Shown here one piece after another: positions 58,231 to 64,000 of a DNA stretch of 64,000 nt. The position numbers and the translations under genes were made by a program. The stretch's first letter is position 1, and the number at the start of each line of letters is the position of its first letter. Below the pieces are notes generated by a model that saw only the letters and a program-made list of their open reading frames with translations, did no database searches and was not told the origin of the DNA. The stretch is from Ostreococcus lucimarinus (lineage: Eukaryota): NCBI GenBank assembly GCA_000092065.1, contig CP000596.1. One strand, 5' to 3'.

Positions 58231-60873
58231 TCATCTCGCGAATGGGTTTGACGCGACTTTGGACTTTTTCGCCGCCTTTGAGGGCGTCGGCGTCGCCACA
58301 GCGTCTCTCTTACCTTCCACAGTCGCGCGCTCGTTTGAGTCTTTGTTTTCGTCGCCCGAGCTGACGAGAGGCGGCGCCGCGCTCTTACGAGCGAGCGGAT
58401 TGCCTTTGGGAGCCGTTGGCGTCGATCGAACCATCGGCGCCGGAGTGTAGCTTTCGGGTTGCGTGTACCCTTGCGTCGGTTCTGGGTCGATTGTCGTTTC
58501 GATGAGCTCATTGATTCGCTCGACGAGCTCGGGTTGACGCGCCACCGCCGGGAGCTTGAGCACCGCTCGCAAACTGTTCGGCTGTCGGAACGTCTCCGCG
58601 ATGTCTGACGCGCGCGAGAGCTTGTTCGCCTTGCAGGCGGTGTGAAAGAGCTTGATGGCTGCTTTTTCGTTTGCTCCCAAAGCCAATCGAGTGTCTTCTC
58701 CGGCACTTTGTGCGACGGACAAAGCCAAGCTCGCTCGGGCGGCTTCGTCTTCGAGGTCACCGACCGATTGTTCGGGAATGATGATCGGCAAAGACATCGG
58801 AAGCATAGAAAGCACAGGTCTTGGGTTCGGCACCGGTCCCGCGCTCGTTCTTGTGATGATGCAATATAAGGTGGAAGCGCAAGATGAAACAATCCAGTGG
58901 TGCTGACCATCCGTGGCCCGCGCTGACGAAGAACGGAAGACGGGCGTCCATGAGCCACCGAATGCGTCGGTGCGCATACGAACGACACCTGCACTATCGC
59001 GAGTAACCAACATGCCTTCCTCAGAAAAGCCCAAGTACGTTAAAGTCGATTGGGTAGATAAAGCAACGCGACCACGCGCGAGTTCCGAGGAGTATCGCAC
59101 GTTGTACACGGCGTACGCGAGAACTTGACTACCTGGGGCTGGTCCGATCGGCGCCGCTTCGTGCCAGACGACAGCCAACGCATCGTCGCTACCGGAAATT
59201 GACACCGCGTCACCTTCGAGGGAGATTATTTGTCGCTGCGCACCACCTAAAGAGTAAATGCGAAGGTAACGCTTGGACGTCACAGCGGCGACCCAAGTCG
59301 AGCCGGTGGCGATTGAAAGTATATCCTCTCCCGCTGGCATCGTCACTTGCCACTCACCATCGTTCGCCCAGTTGTCATACTGTTGAAAGTAAAGCACGCT
59401 TTCGTTTTCGGAATCCTTCATCGGACTCGCGAGCGCGCATCCCTTCTCCCCCGCGACGCCCATCGTGTACCCGTTGTAGTCGGTGATGGTAGGGATGCGT
59501 CCCATGCGCGACGTGTCGTGGAACTGGAATTCAACAGAGTTGAATCCTCCTTCGACAGTGCTCGTAATAGATCCAACCATGGTGTAGGATAAAAACCGAC
59601 GGTTGCTTCCCGGAACCGCGGCAACGGATCCACTTTGGAACGCCGGTTGCGGCTTGGGACCGGCTTCGACGTGCACCACCGACTGCTTCACGTGACTCTG
59701 ACGGCGTCCTTTGACGTCATCGTCGTCGTCGTATTCGACGAAGTCATCTTCTTCATCCAAATCTTCATCCATACCGTCTGCTTCATCGTCGACGAAATCG
59801 CTCGCATTCGTCTCATCGATAGCGCTCACAAAGTCTATCTCGGAAGGCGAAACCTTCGCCGAGGGCGACGAGTACTTGGATGGAACGACGTCGTTCCACA
59901 TCGCCCACTCGCCGTTAACGTTGATGAGCGCCAAAGAGTTACCAGTAGGGTCGAACGAGGCGCCGCAGACGAGCTCGGTGTCCGTCATCTTCGCAATCGC
60001 CAACTTTTTCTTGACGTCCCACACGATGACACTCTTGTCCGCGCTCGCCGTGACCAAGTATTTCCCGTTCGGGGACCAACGGATGAGGGAAATCGCGTCG
60101 GTGTGCCCTTTCAGCTCCCATTCAATCTGTTTAAACGTACCACGCTCGAAGAACGTCACGTCGTTCTCCCGCCCCGGCACGGCTAGGATTTGTCCATCCG
60201 GTCGCCACGCCACGGCGTTCAAAAGCGGCGACTCGCCCGTGGCCAACGGCGCCTCGGTGGCGTGTAGTTTTACATCCCCAGCCTCCTCGTCCTCGCTCGT
60301 GGGCTTCAACAGCCACACGACAACCATGCCGTTCTCATCCGTTGCCGCCAAGTAATCTCCTCGCGGATCGAACGCCACGCTCTTGATGCACTTGCTTCGC
60401 TGACACGGAAACACGTGCAAGACGGTTTTGTCCTCCATCTTGATGACTTTCACCTCGGCGTCCTCCCCCCCCGCGGCGACGTACTTCCCGTCCGCGCTCC
60501 ACGCCACGCAGTGCACTGGCAATGAAAATCTCGTCACGTTCGCCTCGAACGCCTTCTTTTCCAGCGAAAACAGCTTCACCGAGTAATCCGAGCTCGCCGT
60601 CGCCGCGAGCGTCCCGCACGGCGACGCCGCGCACGCGTTGACGCAGTCCGCGTGCGCGTCGTCGAAGTTCTGTTCCACCTCTCCCGTCTCCGCGTCTCGC
60701 ACGATCACGAACGAATCCGCGCCGCACGTCACGATCTTCTTCCTCCCATCCACCGCGCCGCGCGCGACGTCGCACGCCCCCGCGATGTGGGCGTATTCGA
60801 ACGCGCCCTCGCGCGTCTCGAGCGCCGTGACGACGGCGTTCGCACATCTATCCATCGCCCCGCGTTCGAGCAT
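58231..60873 (-). CDS. WDHD1: WDHD1 / AND-1 / Ctf4 homologue (N-terminal WD40 propeller, central SepB domain, disordered C-terminus; no HMG box seen).
   Basis: N-terminal WD repeats, an acidic linker, a central beta-propeller/helical region (…YTMVGSITSTVEGG…RYLRIYSLGGAQRQIISLEGD…) and the overall length fit Ctf4/AND-1. Confidence 0.75.
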   Translation of the reverse strand: MLERGAMDRCANAVVTALETREGAFEYAHIAGACDVARGAVDGRKKIVTCGADSFVIVRDAETGEVEQNFDDAHADCVNACAASPCGTLAATASSDYSVKLFSLEKKAFEANVTRFSLPVHCVAWSADGKYVAAGGEDAEVKVIKMEDKTVLHVFPCQRSKCIKSVAFDPRGDYLAATDENGMVVVWLLKPTSEDEEAGDVKLHATEAPLATGESPLLNAVAWRPDGQILAVPGRENDVTFFERGTFKQIEWELKGHTDAISLIRWSPNGKYLVTASADKSVIVWDVKKKLAIAKMTDTELVCGASFDPTGNSLALINVNGEWAMWNDVVPSKYSSPSAKVSPSEIDFVSAIDETNASDFVDDEADGMDEDLDEEDDFVEYDDDDDVKGRRQSHVKQSVVHVEAGPKPQPAFQSGSVAAVPGSNRRFLSYTMVGSITSTVEGGFNSVEFQFHDTSRMGRIPTITDYNGYTMGVAGEKGCALASPMKDSENESVLYFQQYDNWANDGEWQVTMPAGEDILSIATGSTWVAAVTSKRYLRIYSLGGAQRQIISLEGDAVSISGSDDALAVVWHEAAPIGPAPGSQVLAYAVYNVRYSSELARGRVALSTQSTLTYLGFSEEGMLVTRDSAGVVRMRTDAFGGSWTPVFRSSSARATDGQHHWIVSSCASTLYCIITRTSAGPVPNPRPVLSMLPMSLPIIIPEQSVGDLEDEAARASLALSVAQSAGEDTRLALGANEKAAIKLFHTACKANKLSRASDIAETFRQPNSLRAVLKLPAVARQPELVERINELIETTIDPEPTQGYTQPESYTPAPMVRSTPTAPKGNPLARKSAAPPLVSSGDENKDSNERATVEGKRDAVATPTPSKAAKKSKVASNPFAR

Positions 60874-61035
60874 CGCTCGCTCGGTCGCTCGATCGCTCGA
60901 TCGATCGCTCGCGATCCGTCGCGCGCGCGTCGCTGCGGCGTCGGACGCGCGTCCCGATCGACGCCCGTCGTCGTCGCGGATTCAAATCAATCGAATCGCG
61001 CGCGCGAGCTGTCCCGCGCGTCCGCGCGTCCGACC

Positions 61036-61125
61036 GGACTTTGGAAAAATTTATATATCGCCCCTTGAGAGAGTACCTACACACATGACGAGTCATGAAC
61101 CGTGGATATGTACGTATTTTACACC
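61036..61125 (-). repeat. Dispersed promoter-associated repeat, copy C (inverted relative to copies A and B).
   Basis: Its reverse complement is ggtgtaaaatacgtacatatccacggttcatgactcgtcatgtgtgtaggtactctctcaaggggcgatatataaatttttcc, 84 of 85 identical to copy B. It lies between divergent genes (Ctf4-like, ATG 60873, minus; coiled-coil gene, plus). Confidence 0.6.
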
Positions 61126-61280
61126 GTTTAGTGCCATCTACAATAGAGTATTCCTACCTCGGTGAAAAACACGTTCGCCTCGCCGGCGGACGGGAACGAG
61201 CGCGCGCGTCGCGGGCCGGGCGGGGCGTCGACGCCGACGCGAGTGCGCGACGCCGCGCGGCGAGACCGAGGCGCGCGAAC

Positions 61281-63090
61281 GATGACGGTGACGGTGACGC
61301 GAGCGACGACGTCGCGCGCGACGTTCGAGCGGCGACGCGCGCGCGACGGCGCGACGACGCGCGCGCGATGGACGCGGACGACGACGACGGGGGGACGAAG
61401 GCGCGCGGCGGTGACGACGCGAGCGACGACGGGGGAGGCGCTGCGAGCGCTGCTGGACGCGGCGAGCGCGAACGGGGAAGAGGGCGCGCGAAGCGTGGCG
61501 GAAGCGCGGGCGCTGATCGATCGCGCGCGGGCGGAACGAGCGCGGAGAGAGGTGACGGCGCCGACGAGCGCGCGATTGGCGGCGCTGGAGGGCGAGGCGA
61601 GGGAGTTACGAGCCGAGGTGCGACGATTGAAGGATGAGAATCGAGAGGCGATCGATGCGCTGCTCGAGGAAGCGGCGGAGTTGGCGGAACAAACGGCGCG
61701 GACGGAAGAAGTGGAGGGCGAACTCGAGGAGGCGCGACGAATGAACGCGCGACTGGTGAGCGCGGCGAAGGAGCTCGCGGAGCTCGTGGACGACGGCGCG
61801 ACGGAGGCTCTCGAGGCCGATCTCGCGGTGAAAGATGCGGAGATTGAGGTCTTAAAGGCGAGCATGCGTGAGCTTGAGCATAAACTCGAGGATCGCGACG
61901 CCTTGTTGGCGACGATTCGCGGGTTGGAAATCGAACTCGCCGACAGCGTCACGAACGCCGAGTTGATGGAACTTGCCGCGGGCAAGCTCAACTCGCCCGA
62001 TTTGATCATCGCCCTGGAGGCCGAAAACAAAGAAATGCGTGCACGCATAGCCGCTCTCCTCGCAGACGGCGGAGAGCTTCCGGCGGTGACGAAGAAGTAC
62101 GAGGCGGCGGCGCTCGAAGTCGTCACCCTCAAGTCGCGCATTCGCCTGCTCGAGGTTCAGATGGCTGACATGGTCGATCAAGAAGAGTTGAGCGAAATTC
62201 TCGAGCAAGAACGAAGCAAAGACTCGGAACTCGCAGAAGTCACTGCACAAAAAGATAGTTTATTGAAGCGCATTCGCGAATTGGAGGTGGCGATGTCCGA
62301 CATGGAGGAGGCCGACGTGTACCTCAAGGCGAAGAAGGAAGCGGAGTCGGCCAAGTTGCGCAACATGGACTTGTCTACGCTCATCGAATCGCTCACCGCC
62401 AAGCTCGCGGAGCAAGTGGATGCGACGCAAAAAGCAAAGATAGTGACAGACGAGGCATTGGCCAACGTTCGCGCCCTCGAAGGCGACATGGCGTACATGG
62501 ATTACGCTCCCGGTATCGCGAGCGCGATGAAGGCTGCGAAGCAAATGGAGAGCGCTGCAGAACGCGCGGTCGAGCTCGCTGCTGGGCTCCAGCAGTTGGA
62601 AGTTGGCATGACGAAGAAGAGCAGCAGTCGCAAGACGCCGTTCAAACGCGGTGGTGAGAGCTTTTCCCTTCGTAAAAAGGTCTTCAACGCGAGCGACGAG
62701 CAAGCGCCCGTCGACGGCGGTTTCAAACGCGCTCCTGCAGAAGCGTTCACCCTCCGCAAGCTCGACTTCACCAAGATCAAGGCCGAGTCATCCGTGAATA
62801 AAAGTCCATTCAAGCGCGCTCCGGAGAGTTCGTTCAAGCTGCGCAAGATGACGTTCCCATTCTCCGCTCGCACGGCCGCCGTGCCGAAGAGCGTGTTCCA
62901 GCGTACCGGCAACTTTGAGTTACGTCGGTTCATCTTCACCTCCGATCCCGTGGACGTCGTCGCATCGGCGTCTTTCGAACGAAACGGTGAGTTTACTTTG
63001 AGAAAATTAAAGTTCCCTCCGCCCAATCGCGGCGCGGACGGCGTGAAAACCTGGGACCGAGGCGAGAAGGGAACCGTCTTCAAATTTTAA
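61281..63090 (+). CDS. Coiled-coil protein with five C-terminal basic-aromatic repeats (x-F-K/Q-R-x3-5-F-x-L-R-K/R-x-x-F), of roughly 30 aa each.
   Basis: TPFKRGGESFSLRKKVF / GFKRAPAEAFTLRKLDF / SPFKRAPESSFKLRKMTF / VFQRTGNFELRRFIF / SFERNGEFTLRKLKF follow about 400 aa of heptad-rich sequence. First ATG at 61281; the ORF track starts at a GTG at 61162. Confidence 0.55.
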
Positions 63091-63405
63091 ATCTTTCAAA
63101 ACGCCCGACTCCCGAGCGCGCGCGTTGAAATTCCGCTGTAACGACTAGTCATTGGTTCACTCCACGAGCTTGCACGCAGCGTTTCTCGAATCATCCAATC
63201 ATCCACCCTCTCTCGATCGAGCGCGACGCGCGCGCGCGTGCACTCCGGACATTTTTCTGGACCCTAGGCGCCGCGCGCGCGCGCGACGTCTTTGCCTTGT
63301 TGTCGCCCATTTCCCACGCATCGCCTCCGCGTCCCCCCGCGACGATGTCAGACCGGCGCGCGCGTCTCGCTCGAGCGCCGCGCTCGAGCGCGTCGTTCGC
63401 TCGTC

Positions 63406-64000
63406 ATGGAGCGCGCGTTCGAGCGAATCAAGCCCGGCGAGGACCCGCCGCCGCCGCCGCCCGAGCTCTTGCAGTGGGCGCGCGAGACGACGTACGGATT
63501 GTGCGGTGGGATCGTCTACGGCGCGGCGTCGGCGCACTACGCCGAACGACGACGCGTCGTGGACGCGATGGAGAGCGCGACGAAGCGTAAACATCGAATC
63601 TGGACGCGAACGATCTCCGACGTCACCCTGCACGGGATGCGACTGGGAAGCTTTGTGTCCGTCTTCAGCGCGGCGCGCTTGGGATTGGAAAAGCGACGCG
63701 ACGCGAGGGACATGTGGAACGTCGTCGGGGCGGGAATGTTGACGAGCGCGCTCACGGGGATGGCCATACCGGGCGGTGTCGCGGTGCGAGCGCGAGGAGC
63801 GGCACTGGGCGTGGTCGTCGGCGGCGCTGCGACGCTGCCGTTCGGGTACGCGATGCAAGAGTTGGAAAAGCTCGTGCCGGAACTCGTCGCGCCGGCGGCT
63901 GCGGCGGCTATGAGTGAGGGCGAATCTAGGAAATTAGACGTAACTGAGATGTTCATAGAGCAAGTAGAAGCAGAATTAGAAGAGTACAGGCGAGAGGAGC
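63406..64000 (+). CDS. 3'-partial CDS. PRAT-family (Tim17/Tim22/Tim23/OEP16-like) membrane protein; runs off the window end.
   Basis: MERAFERIKPGEDPPPPPPELLQWARETTYGLCGGIVYGAASAHY...GSFVSVFSAARLGLEKRRDARDMWNVVGAGMLTSALTG fits the PRAT consensus [G/A]x2[F/Y]x10Rx3Dx6[G/A/S]Gx3G approximately. It is not in the ORF track because no stop occurs before position 64000. Confidence 0.55.
   Translation, partial: MERAFERIKPGEDPPPPPPELLQWARETTYGLCGGIVYGAASAHYAERRRVVDAMESATKRKHRIWTRTISDVTLHGMRLGSFVSVFSAARLGLEKRRDARDMWNVVGAGMLTSALTGMAIPGGVAVRARGAALGVVVGGAATLPFGYAMQELEKLVPELVAPAAAAAMSEGESRKLDVTEMFIEQVEAELEEYRREE

Noticed and set aside
1-64000. A search for prokaryotic-style content: operons, CRISPR arrays, integrases/transposases, phage or giant-virus genes, rRNA.
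   Set aside because: None found. All recognisable genes are eukaryotic housekeeping, signalling or organelle-targeted genes with introns or transit peptides. There are no direct-repeat-plus-spacer arrays and no mobile-element protein genes. The only repeats are the 85-bp promoter element, one tandem duplication and microsatellites.

Overview
This window is a GC-rich (about 65-70%), very gene-dense eukaryotic nuclear segment, not a prokaryotic one. Evidence for a eukaryote: spliceosomal introns with GT..AG borders (OLA1, ribosomal protein L44e/RPL36A, a PsaK/PsaG-like photosystem I subunit, a DEK-C/HMG/SWIB gene), an intron-containing tRNA-Ile, N-terminal transit peptides, and an apparent eukaryote-type SECIS element. 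The gene content (nuclear photosystem I subunit, CslA-like mannan synthase, GT77 glycosyltransferase, SBP-box factor, FIE/EED, centrin-binding Sfi1-like repeats, a candidate selenoprotein) together with intergenic spacers of tens of base pairs points to a marine green picoalga of the Mamiellophyceae type (Micromonas/Ostreococcus-like). That organism assignment is an inference, not a verified fact. About 45 protein-coding genes lie on both strands, many in head-to-head pairs whose start codons are 5-120 bp apart. Because the GC content leaves few stop codons, long antisense ORFs in the six-frame track are mostly spurious and were not annotated. The most notable items are: (1) an arsenite-methyltransferase (ArsM/AS3MT)-like gene with an in-frame TGA next to the conserved catalytic cysteine and a SECIS-like stem-loop about 80 nt past its stop, a candidate selenoprotein; (2) a receptor-like kinase with an extracellular Kringle domain; (3) a roughly 85-bp dispersed repeat carrying divergent ATGs and a TATA motif in three promoter regions; (4) a tRNA-Ile(AAU) with an unusually long intron; (5) a 1453-aa protein built from 33-residue Sfi1-type repeats; (6) a DEK-C + HMG-box + SWIB fusion gene model. 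All coordinates carry a few nt of uncertainty, especially splice junctions, because I could not recompute translations.
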